Below are positions 22,333-29,037 of a DNA stretch of 39,308 nt, one piece after another. Origin of the DNA: a virus; the IMG/VR virus record IMGVR_UViG_3300015263_000371; one strand, given 5' to 3'. The stretch's first letter is position 1. Every line of letters starts with the position of its first letter. The notes under the pieces are model-generated. The model was not told the origin of the DNA and made no database searches. It saw only the letters and a program-made list of their open reading frames with translations. Both the position numbers and the translations under genes were made by a program.

Positions 22333-22910
22333 GCGGCCTCCCGCTGTTTGAGGTCTAGTAACAATTCCTCGCATTGGGTCCGTAGGATTTGCTGCCAATC
22401 TTCCGGCAGAACGTGAATGCGGTCTTTATTAGCCTTCATCCACCCTCTGAGCATTTCCGTGCTGGCGCACTCTTGCGCCTCGCGCTGCATCTTTGTGTAA
22501 ATGTCCTTGGCGTCTTTCTTCGGTAGCGTCGGCGCGGTCGTTTGCGCGAAATCGTCGGCCTCGGAATCCGAATAAATCATGCCGTGGGAGTTAAGCAGTT
22601 TCAGCGTTACCCGATCCTTGGCCCGCTTTTCAGCCATCGCGGCCGGGTATCCGTTCTTGTTGTTGTATGGAGCCGCTTCACCAATCGACCATTCGGTGCG
22701 ATCACCCATTGACCCGAATACACACATAACCGCGATTTTGTCTGCGGTGCTGATTTCAAGTACCGCCGGCCGGTCAAAGCGAATTTTTTGCTCCGTCGCA
22801 ACGCGCTCTAGCGCGGAATGTTTGATGGCCCAGACACCCGATCGAACCTCCCACACTTCGTCGGAGTCGATCCCGTACTTTTCCATAAATGCAATCGGAG
22901 GCCTTGCCAT
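22329..22910 (-). CDS. Conserved early protein (193 aa), possible recombination / DNA-binding function
   Basis: ATG 22910 lies 7 nt after GGAG. The conserved-looking segment is GEAAPYNNKNGYPAAMAEKRAKDRVTLKLL. The function is guessed only from its position next to the SSB-like gene. Confidence 0.45.
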   Translation of the reverse strand: MARPPIAFMEKYGIDSDEVWEVRSGVWAIKHSALERVATEQKIRFDRPAVLEISTADKIAVMCVFGSMGDRTEWSIGEAAPYNNKNGYPAAMAEKRAKDRVTLKLLNSHGMIYSDSEADDFAQTTAPTLPKKDAKDIYTKMQREAQECASTEMLRGWMKANKDRIHVLPEDWQQILRTQCEELLLDLKQREAA

Positions 22911-22914
22911 AGGA

Positions 22915-23178
22915 CTACTCCGCTGCCTCAAATGATTCGATCATAACGGGGAGGTCGTCATACTTCTCGATTGCGCTGGTGTTGGCTTCCAGAGCCTTGA
23001 CGAGAGCCTTTTGGGACGTGCTTAGGGTATCGCGCGCCCTAGTAAGCCATACCGGACGCATTGGAAGATTTTTCAATTCTTCCTCTACCATCGCGGCGTA
23101 ATAATCTAACTTGCTGGCGCAATGCTCGATGTTTTGTAGCCTTGGCGCTATTCGCTTATCCCATTCGTGCATAGACAT
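22915..23178 (-). CDS. Hypothetical helical protein (87 aa)
   Basis: Track ORF preceded by a GGAGG RBS. Confidence 0.5.
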   Translation of the reverse strand: MSMHEWDKRIAPRLQNIEHCASKLDYYAAMVEEELKNLPMRPVWLTRARDTLSTSQKALVKALEANTSAIEKYDDLPVMIESFEAAE

Positions 23179-23187
23179 TCGGCCCTC

Positions 23188-23334
23188 CTATGGAGCAAAG
23201 GCTGCAATCGGTATCAAGATCGGCCACATTACGATTGCCAGAATTTTCGCGGCTATTGATGCTTCCATGGGTTTGATTGACCACCATGTAATCGCGGCGC
23301 CCATAACGTAGAGATAGATTGATACCCAAATCAT
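23188..23334 (-). CDS. Small two-TM membrane protein (48 aa), below the track cutoff
   Basis: Hand translation gives MIWVSIYLYVMGAAITWWSIKPMEASIAAKILAIVMWPILIPIAAFAP. Confidence 0.4.
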   Translation of the reverse strand: MIWVSIYLYVMGAAITWWSIKPMEASIAAKILAIVMWPILIPIAAFAP

Positions 23335-23341
23335 CTAATGC

Positions 23342-23449
23342 CTACGGAACGATTGCCCCGATGTGGATTGCCGCCCAAGTCAGAATGGCGGAAGCGAAAA
23401 GCAGAAGAACCATTCCTTGACAGATTGCCTTCACTATTTCTGCGATCAT
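23342..23449 (-). CDS. Small single-TM peptide (35 aa)
   Basis: ATG 23449 forms an ATGA overlap with the upstream stop. Translation is MIAEIVKAICQGMVLLLFASAILTWAAIHIGAIVP. Confidence 0.3.
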   Translation of the reverse strand: MIAEIVKAICQGMVLLLFASAILTWAAIHIGAIVP

Positions 23450-23877
23450 GGCTCTAAACTCGCCCAATGACGTGGAACGTCCACGAAGATGAAACCCGAG
23501 ACATCGCGCGCTCTGATCCAGCCCAAGCGGCGATAGTCGTTGTAAGAACGCACCATCCATTCGCTTCCGCTTATGTGGCTAACCAACTGCATGACGTGAT
23601 GGTGGCGGACGGCTATCGCGCCAGCGTGGGCGTATGTTCTCGGAAACTTGCGAGCCCACTCCCAGGCGAGATTAAGGCTTGTGTCAGCGAGCCCGAGATA
23701 TTTGCGGAGCCCGCAGCCGCACCACGCGTGTGGACAAGATTGGGGCCGGCTGCCGATGACGTGTTCGCCACCGGCAACCGACCGTCGCGCTGGCTGGGGG
23801 GGGGCAGCGTGCGCGAACCCATGAAGAAAGAAAATGAATGTGCCCGTCAGGGCTGCGGCGACCGCTATTTTTTTCAT
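23446..23877 (-). CDS. Secreted NlpC/P60-CHAP-like protein (143 aa)
   Basis: Signal peptide MKKIAVAAALTGTFIFFLHGFAHA. The motifs PHAWCGCGL ... AIAVRHHHVMQLV ... WMVRSYN parallel the Cys/His pattern of the TIGR02594-type hydrolase at 12376. Confidence 0.5.
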   Translation of the reverse strand: MKKIAVAAALTGTFIFFLHGFAHAAPPQPARRSVAGGEHVIGSRPQSCPHAWCGCGLRKYLGLADTSLNLAWEWARKFPRTYAHAGAIAVRHHHVMQLVSHISGSEWMVRSYNDYRRLGWIRARDVSGFIFVDVPRHWASLEP

Positions 23878-23879
23878 GG

Positions 23880-24161
23880 TCAAATGTTCCAATTTTTTTC
23901 GATTGCCTCAGACATGGTGCCGCCCGCTTCTTCAAGCGCGCGTTCGGTATCGTTCATCATGTGCTTGCGAACGTCGGAGAGCTTGGCGACTTTTCCGGTG
24001 TCGCAGAAAATCCGCGCCCATTCGTTCACGACACGCTGACAATCGGGATCGTTCGGCCAGTTGTGGCGGTTGTTCACGTCGTTGCAGGTTTTCCGCCTGC
24101 GTTCGTTGAACGCGCGGGCCTGCGCTACTAGGTTTTCGTGTAGATTTTTGAGTGGGTCCAT
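23880..24161 (-). CDS. Hypothetical protein (93 aa), first gene of the early-left operon
   Basis: ATG 24161 is preceded by GGAGGGAAGG and lies inside track ORF 23880-24176. Confidence 0.55.
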   Translation of the reverse strand: MDPLKNLHENLVAQARAFNERRRKTCNDVNNRHNWPNDPDCQRVVNEWARIFCDTGKVAKLSDVRKHMMNDTERALEEAGGTMSEAIEKNWNI

Positions 24162-24184
24162 TAGCCTTCCCTCCAATGAAAAAC

Positions 24185-24213
24185 ACTCTACACCCTATCT
24201 GAAAAAATTTCAA
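24185..24213 (-). promoter_or_regulatory. Candidate early-left promoter
   Basis: On the minus strand: TTGAAA (24213-24208), 17-nt spacer, TAGAGT (24190-24185). A-tract-rich DNA lies upstream. Confidence 0.4.
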
Positions 24214-24353
24214 GTCATGTGGATGCAAAATTCAAAAAAATTCGTTAAAAAAATTTAACATAGGCCATAGCTATATTTGGCTTGTAATTTTCGGGGAAAT
24301 CGTGACCATGCGGCGGGGTGAAACGCGACTGGAAATAACAAAGGGATCGTGCT

Positions 24354-24557
24354 TTGAGCAACGTCGTTCCGCTTGCAGATCATAAGAAAGAAGAACAAGA
24401 CGTGAACAGAATCGTGGTGCCGGGAAACCACCGACACCACACCTTAGCAATGCAACTGTTTATCCAAATGCCGGAATGCCGCGCGGATGCGTTCGCCGTT
24501 CTGGCGGCGCTGACGGCCCTAATGAATCTACTTATGCCCGACGTTGGCGCATTTTAG
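24354..24557 (+). CDS. Questionable ORF (67 aa, TTG start), convergent with the repressor gene
   Basis: Track ORF with a weak GGGA SD and no clear promoter. It overlaps the repressor 3' end by 26 nt. Confidence 0.25.
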   Translation: MSNVVPLADHKKEEQDVNRIVVPGNHRHHTLAMQLFIQMPECRADAFAVLAALTALMNLLMPDVGAF

Positions 24558-24843
24558 CTAGGTTCTCAGCCGCTTTTATTGATTCGTAGAGCTGGACCGG
24601 AAGCGCAGCGGGGTCGCCCCTGTATATCCAATCCAGCGAGAGCCGGAATTTTTTGCACATTTCCAATGCAACCGGGACCGGCAGGCGCGCCATACCGGCT
24701 AGATAGTTGTTCCATTTTTGTGGAGTCAGTCCGCAGCCCACCGCTTCGACAAAAGCCACCTGTGTACGGAAGCCTAGAGCCTCGCGCGTTAATTCTAACC
24801 TCTCAGCGATGGCCTCTAAGCTTACCATCTTATCCTGCGGCAT
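24532..24843 (-). CDS. XRE/CI-type HTH repressor without a peptidase domain (103 aa; alternative GTG start 24852)
   Basis: The sequence SLEAIAERLELTREALGFRTQVAFVEAVGCGLTPQKWNNYLAGMARLPVPVALEMCKKFRLSLDWIYRGD is a typical Cro/C1 HTH. It is divergent from the early-right operon. Confidence 0.7.
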   Translation of the reverse strand: MPQDKMVSLEAIAERLELTREALGFRTQVAFVEAVGCGLTPQKWNNYLAGMARLPVPVALEMCKKFRLSLDWIYRGDPAALPVQLYESIKAAENLAKMRQRRA

Positions 24844-24860
24844 TGTTTGCACTCTAACGA

Positions 24861-24889
24861 ATAATACAACTTTAGTGCACTTGAGGCAA
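24861..24889 (-). promoter_or_regulatory. Candidate repressor-maintenance promoter
   Basis: On the minus strand: TTGCCT (24889-24884), 17-nt spacer, TATTAT (24866-24861). The predicted start lies within about 10 nt of the start codons, so the leader would be short or absent. Confidence 0.4.
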
Positions 24890-24943
24890 TTTCAGACGTA
24901 AAATCTCTCCACGTTTTTTTTGTATTGAGTCCCGCCTATTGCA

Positions 24944-24962
24944 AATACATATGAAATGTATT
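24944..24962. promoter_or_regulatory. Candidate operator: AATACAT-ATGAA-ATGTATT (7-5-7 inverted repeat)
   Basis: Read directly. The half-site TGTATT/AATACA recurs at 24863-24868 and 24921-24926. The 9-mer TGTATTATT occurs at 24957-24965 (+) and 24860-24868 (-). Confidence 0.45.
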
Positions 24963-25015
24963 ATTGTGCGCCCATGCGGACATTTTTGGGCCTCTGAAAG
25001 CAAGGGAGTTTGCGT

Positions 25016-25576
25016 ATGCTCGAAGCCATAGAACACGCTAGCCCGACGCAAATACAGTTAAACCAAGCCCACAAGGAGCGGCGCGCGAGAATTGCCGCTA
25101 GCGCTGTTCCAGACACGGCAATGCCGCGCGAGGCGGTCACCCCCTATCTGTACCAGCGCGAAACTCCGATGGCCGACGACATTCTGCAAGTGGTCTTGCG
25201 GTTTTACGGAATGCGAAAGGTTGATTTGATTTCGGACCGGAGAGCAAAACGCTACACGGTTCCGCGGCAGGCGGCCATGTACCTATTCCGCGAGCTGACG
25301 ACTCTCAGTTTCACCCAAATGGGGGCGATTCTGGGAAAGCGCGACCATACCACCGTCATGCACGGGGTTACGAAAGTAACAAACCAAATCGCCCAGGGCC
25401 ACAAGATCAAATCAGACATTGATTTTATGCGGTCAATGATTGCCGATCGGGTTGCCGCCAGAAACGCGATTTCCCCCAATCCGGAGAACGAAGAAGCAGA
25501 CGAACGCGCGGGCCGGATCGCCCGCGAAATCGCCCGCCTTATCACCGAATGGAAGCAATTGCAGGCGGCTAAATGA
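25016..25576 (+). CDS. DnaA domain-IV-like HTH protein (186 aa), first gene of the early-right operon
   Basis: GGGAG RBS. The segment RRAKRYTVPRQAAMYLFRELTTLSFTQMGAILGKRDHTTVMHGVTKV matches the DnaA C-terminal DNA-binding domain signature. Confidence 0.75.
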   Translation: MLEAIEHASPTQIQLNQAHKERRARIAASAVPDTAMPREAVTPYLYQRETPMADDILQVVLRFYGMRKVDLISDRRAKRYTVPRQAAMYLFRELTTLSFTQMGAILGKRDHTTVMHGVTKVTNQIAQGHKIKSDIDFMRSMIADRVAARNAISPNPENEEADERAGRIAREIARLITEWKQLQAAK

Positions 25577-25920
25577 TTAAGTTGAAACTGAGTTACCCCC
25601 CGACAGCTAACCATATTTGGAAATCCGGCGGCGGTCGCGTTTATCGCTCTGCGCGATATGTCTCTTGGCAGAAAACGGCGATGGCCGAAGCGATCGCGCA
25701 AAAGCCGAAGCCGGTGGCTGGCGCTTACCACCTAAACATCACGGCATACAGACCGGACAAGCGGAAAAGGGACGTGGACAACCTAATCAAGGTTGTCTCC
25801 GACTTTGCGCAACGGGCGGGATTAGTCGAAGGCGACCATTTGGCGCAAAGCGTTTCGGCGCGCTGGGCGGAATCCGAGGGCGACGGGATCGAATTGGAAA
25901 TCAAGGGAGCGGACGCATGA
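25573..25920 (+). CDS. rusA: RusA-family Holliday junction resolvase (115 aa)
   Basis: Contains PPTANHIW ... RSARYVSWQ ... KRDVDNLIKVVSDF ... GLVEGDH, with ATGA coupling on both sides. Confidence 0.7.
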   Translation: MIKLKLSYPPTANHIWKSGGGRVYRSARYVSWQKTAMAEAIAQKPKPVAGAYHLNITAYRPDKRKRDVDNLIKVVSDFAQRAGLVEGDHLAQSVSARWAESEGDGIELEIKGADA

Positions 25921-26714
25921 ACCGCATTTGGATGCCCCTCTATATTGGGGATTTCCTTGCCGACACGATGGAACTCGGAGCAACCGAACGCGGGATATAC
26001 ATTAGTCTAATAATGCATGCTTGGCAGCATGACGGACTGATCCCCCTAGACGACAAAAAACTAGCCAGAATATCGGGTTGCGATAGTCGGCTGTGGCACC
26101 AGTACAAGGAAACGGTGTTGCAATTCTTTGACGTCGTAAACGACGTTTCGGCGCAACACTCAAGAGTCGTTTCGGAGCTGCACCGTTGTTCCGAAATCTC
26201 CAATAAACGCAAGGCGGCAGCCCTGCAAAAGCACAGCAAAAGCTCTGCAAAAATCGTGCATTTGGATACACAATCACAATCACAATCACAATCACAATTA
26301 TATAAGAAAGAAAGAAAGGAAGAACCGCCCTTGCGGGCGGGTAAGCATTTGATCCCCGCCGATTGGCGTCCCTCGGAAGTCCACTTCGACTTAGCGACAA
26401 GGTTGGGGCTTTCGATGAAGGAGGTGGAGGAAGCAGCGGGGGAAATGCGGGATTGGTCGCTTGGGAACGGGGAGCGGCGTTCGGATTGGGACAGAGTTTT
26501 TAGCAACTGGCTTCGCCGCAACTCTAGGAGAAAACGCAATGGATTTGGAGGACCGAGAACACTTCAAGACGATAGCAAATCAGTTAGTCGCGCCGCCGAT
26601 CGCCTCGCGGAACGGGCCGAACGGGGCGAGCAAATCTGGGGGCCTAGACCAAGCCTCTTGCCTGCGGCTGGCGCGGACATTGTTCAGCTGCTACCGAAGG
26701 GACGAAGCACATGA
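25917..26714 (+). CDS. DUF1376 (YdaU-like) replication-module protein (265 aa)
   Basis: ATG 25917 forms an ATGA overlap with the rusA stop. The N-terminus MNRIWMPLYIGDFLADTMELGATERGIYISLIMHAWQHDGLIPLDDKKLARI is the DUF1376 signature. Confidence 0.75.
   Translation: MNRIWMPLYIGDFLADTMELGATERGIYISLIMHAWQHDGLIPLDDKKLARISGCDSRLWHQYKETVLQFFDVVNDVSAQHSRVVSELHRCSEISNKRKAAALQKHSKSSAKIVHLDTQSQSQSQSQLYKKERKEEPPLRAGKHLIPADWRPSEVHFDLATRLGLSMKEVEEAAGEMRDWSLGNGERRSDWDRVFSNWLRRNSRRKRNGFGGPRTLQDDSKSVSRAADRLAERAERGEQIWGPRPSLLPAAGADIVQLLPKGRST
26269..26298. repeat. (CACAAT)x5 tandem repeat inside the DUF1376 gene, followed by TATATAAGAAAGAAAGAAAGGAAGAA
   Basis: Read directly. It encodes the SQSQSQSQ linker. 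Confidence 0.9.
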
Positions 26715-27045
26715 CCCCGAAATCTATGTTTCGGCGGTCGCGGCAGTCCTAAGCGAATACCCGGCGGCGGTTGTCGAATCCGTGACCGATCCACGAACGG
26801 GTTTAGCCTCAGAAAACAAATTTTTGCCGAATGTGGCGGAAGTCCGCGAGGCTTGCACGAAAACCGCCGCCAGAATGCAGCGGCTTTCGGAACCAAAGCG
26901 GGTTGTGCGTGAATTTGTGCCGCCGCCAGTGTTGCCGGGGCAGATAACCTCGACGGAATTTTTCAAATTAGTGGATCAGGGCAAGACAAAGCCCAGACCG
27001 ATAGGGGCGTTTGAAAGGGGCGGATATTTGGGGCCAACGACATGA
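26539..27045 (+). CDS. Hypothetical protein (168 aa; alternative TTG start 26680)
   Basis: AGGAG lies 8 nt before ATG 26539. With this start it overlaps the DUF1376 gene by 176 nt. Confidence 0.5.
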   Translation: MDLEDREHFKTIANQLVAPPIASRNGPNGASKSGGLDQASCLRLARTLFSCYRRDEAHDPEIYVSAVAAVLSEYPAAVVESVTDPRTGLASENKFLPNVAEVREACTKTAARMQRLSEPKRVVREFVPPPVLPGQITSTEFFKLVDQGKTKPRPIGAFERGGYLGPTT

Positions 27046-27221
27046 CAAAGCCGGATAATGACAACGGGAAAAAATTTCACATAACGCTAAACTCTTATGA
27101 CCGAAAATGCCTAGAAGCAATGCGAGCTAGGCACGGAACCTCTTTAAGTGGGGCGATTCGGGTCTGTATTAGGGCGGCGGCAGGAAATTTAAAATTCGCG
27201 CCCCCACAAAATGAGGAATAA
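27042..27221 (+). CDS. Ribbon-helix-helix (CopG/Arc-like) small protein (59 aa), below the track cutoff
   Basis: ATGA overlap with the upstream gene. The segment KKFHITLNSYDRKCLEAMRARHGTSLSGAIRVCIRAAA fits a beta-strand/helix/helix RHH pattern. Confidence 0.5.
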   Translation: MTKPDNDNGKKFHITLNSYDRKCLEAMRARHGTSLSGAIRVCIRAAAGNLKFAPPQNEE

Positions 27222-27741
27222 AGGGCCACTTTGTGTGCATTCGGCCCCTATAGGTAGGGGAACATATCGTGAACCGAGGTTCAATTTGGGCATTCGGGAA
27301 GAAAGATTTGACCGGGCGGCAGAAATGCCACACCGGAAACCTGCCGGGGATAACCGGCTAGACGCCCGCCTAGAATCTGGGCTCGGGCGTCTTTATTTTG
27401 AGGGCCAAATCACGAAAGACGAATACGAAGCCGGAGTAAAATACGGCAATTTTGTCCTTCTATATCTTGAGACAATTGACGGCCCCGACCCATACGGCGG
27501 CAAAAGTTGGCATAGAGAGGCCAACAAAGGCAATGCGCTTCCGGGAATATTGGAGGCGACGAGCGATAAAGAATGCTTTCGGCGGAAAATCAATTTCGCG
27601 GCGGCTCGAAAAGTGTTGCTCGGTGCCGGCGGGAAACGTTGCGCCGCAATTGTGGATCGCATTGCAATATATGATGAACCATTGCGCGACGGTGAGATGA
27701 GTTTGCTTCGCGCTGGCTTGGTGGCCCTTTGTGGAAATTGA
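27211..27741 (+). CDS. Hypothetical protein (176 aa; alternative start ATG 27325), last large gene of the early-right operon
   Basis: Track ORF with no clear RBS at either candidate start. Confidence 0.45.
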   Translation: MRNKGPLCVHSAPIGRGTYREPRFNLGIREERFDRAAEMPHRKPAGDNRLDARLESGLGRLYFEGQITKDEYEAGVKYGNFVLLYLETIDGPDPYGGKSWHREANKGNALPGILEATSDKECFRRKINFAAARKVLLGAGGKRCAAIVDRIAIYDEPLRDGEMSLLRAGLVALCGN

Positions 27742-27844
27742 GTTTCGCGCGGCGCGCGGGCCGACCACCTGAAAGCCTCTTATGGCTGGTGGCCTCGACG
27801 GAGATAAGGCGGCAAGACCGCCAAAGGCCGTAAATAGGTGAACC

Positions 27845-28021
27845 ATGCCGTATAAATCACGAGCCCAGGAAGCATATTTTAATGCGAACAGGGCAAGGCT
27901 TGAACGGCAGGGAGTGAATGTGGACGAATGGAATCAGGCGTCAAAGGGTATGAAACTGCCAGCGCGATCCGGCGGAATGTTGGGCGCCGCAACAAAGCGC
28001 AAACGGAAAAAGAAAAAATAA
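27845..28021 (+). CDS. Small basic-tailed protein (58 aa), below the track cutoff
   Basis: Hand translation gives MPYKSRAQEAYFNANRARLERQGVNVDEWNQASKGMKLPARSGGMLGAATKRKRKKKK. It resembles DUF3008-type small phage proteins (from memory). Confidence 0.4.
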   Translation: MPYKSRAQEAYFNANRARLERQGVNVDEWNQASKGMKLPARSGGMLGAATKRKRKKKK

Positions 28022-28022
28022 C

Positions 28023-28226
28023 ATGGCAAAACTTAGCACAAAGCGGCGCAATTCTTTGCCTAAAGTTGATTTCGGTTTACCGGGGCGTCGGGCTTATCCC
28101 ATGCCGGATCAGTCCCACGCGCGCAACGCCAAGGCGAGGGCTGCGCAGCAATTTAAAAAAGGTAATCTGACTAAATCACAATTCGGCCATATCAATCGGA
28201 TGGCCGACGAAGTTTTGAAGGGCTAA
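28023..28226 (+). CDS. Conserved small phage protein (67 aa)
   Basis: The motif LPKVDFGLPGRRAYPMPDQSHARNAKARAAQ is a recurrent small phage protein motif (from memory). Confidence 0.55.
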   Translation: MAKLSTKRRNSLPKVDFGLPGRRAYPMPDQSHARNAKARAAQQFKKGNLTKSQFGHINRMADEVLKG

Positions 28227-28227
28227 T

Positions 28228-28407
28228 ATGACAAAGGCAAGGAAAGACGACGGCAGGGGGTGGAAACGTGGTGCCGGCCCTTATTCGCGCAGTTATCCTA
28301 AAATGGATGACTATCACGAGTTGCGCGCTAAAGAGCGCGATGTATCGGGCGTCGTGGATGAAAACGCCAATCGCAACGAGGGGCGCGCCAGCGGCGTTAA
28401 GGCTTAG
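28228..28407 (+). CDS. Questionable small ORF (59 aa)
   Basis: Hand translation gives MTKARKDDGRGWKRG... The ORF is tightly abutted upstream, and its stop overlaps the convergent HTH gene stop. Confidence 0.3.
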   Translation: MTKARKDDGRGWKRGAGPYSRSYPKMDDYHELRAKERDVSGVVDENANRNEGRASGVKA

Positions 28408-28595
28408 GATTCAATTTTAATATCCGGGTCTTTCAAAAGCAATTTTATCAAACGGATAACCGGGCCGGGGATTTCCCGGTCGCCGGCTTCCCGGCGTCTA
28501 ACGGTTCGACCGCTACCGACGCCCAAGAGCTTAGCTAATCCACTAGCGGATAAGCCCAGCTCTCGGCGCGCGGTTTTCAATTCTTGCGGGGTCAT
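28404..28595 (-). CDS. Small XRE-type HTH protein (63 aa): Aca-like or antitoxin-like
   Basis: ATG 28595 forms an ATGA overlap with the upstream stop. Sequence: MTPQELKTARRELGLSASGLAKLLGVGSGRTVRRREAGDREIPGPVIRLIKLL. Confidence 0.65.
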   Translation of the reverse strand: MTPQELKTARRELGLSASGLAKLLGVGSGRTVRRREAGDREIPGPVIRLIKLLLKDPDIKIES

Positions 28596-28813
28596 GAAAG
28601 GCACTCGATTCTGTCTTTTATCTGTCGCGCATCTTCTAGGCATTGAATACCGTTGCAAATAACGACATCAATAACCCCGATTTCTCCGGCCCTCCTATAG
28701 ATCGAATAGGGCCAACCGCTTTCATCTCGTAAATGTTCGCCGTTCTCTCCTTCGGAGCCGATATAGAATCCGGGTTCAAATCGCGGTGTATCATCCCAAC
28801 GCAATAGTGACAT
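28592..28813 (-). CDS. Small acidic protein of unknown function (73 aa), upstream partner of the HTH gene
   Basis: Strong AGGAGG RBS. About 14 Asp/Glu against 8 Lys/Arg. No motif was recognised. Confidence 0.55.
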   Translation of the reverse strand: MSLLRWDDTPRFEPGFYIGSEGENGEHLRDESGWPYSIYRRAGEIGVIDVVICNGIQCLEDARQIKDRIECLS

Positions 28814-29037
28814 TTTTGCCTCCTATTCCATAAACATTTCGATTAGATCGAGGGGTTGATTTACTTATAGACTGCGATCAGGTGAGGGATACATTCGCGG
28901 ATCATTTTGGTTCTCCCTTGATAGGTGGGCAGGATTGCCCCGGCTAGCCAATTTCAACATTACAGAATGCGCGATATTATTGCGAAGATTGAGTACGAAA
29001 CAAGAACACGATCAAAAAGTTAAACGGTAAAATACAA

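Noticed and set aside
22333-22398. N-terminal extension of the SSB-like ORF (track start 22398)
   Set aside because: ATG 22332 forms the recurrent ATGA stop/start overlap with the upstream gene, whereas the extension would overlap that gene by 70 nt.
25617-25916. N-terminal 100-codon extension of the DUF1376 ORF (the track gives 25617-26714)
   Set aside because: The extension completely overlaps the RusA gene in another frame and is Arg/Gly-rich nonsense. ATG 25917 forms an ATGA overlap with the rusA stop, and the DUF1376 signature begins right there.
27742-27844. GC-rich hairpins (such as GGCGG-caaga-CCGCC) as the terminator of the early-right operon
   Set aside because: The stems are short (5 bp) and are not followed by a U-run on the + strand, so they are not convincing as intrinsic terminators.
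28960-28985. GATATTATTGCG upstream of terS-like as an additional copy of the immunity operator TGTATTATTG
   Set aside because: Only 8 nt (TATTATTG) are shared, the sequence is AT-rich, and there is no palindromic partner, so the match is likely chance.
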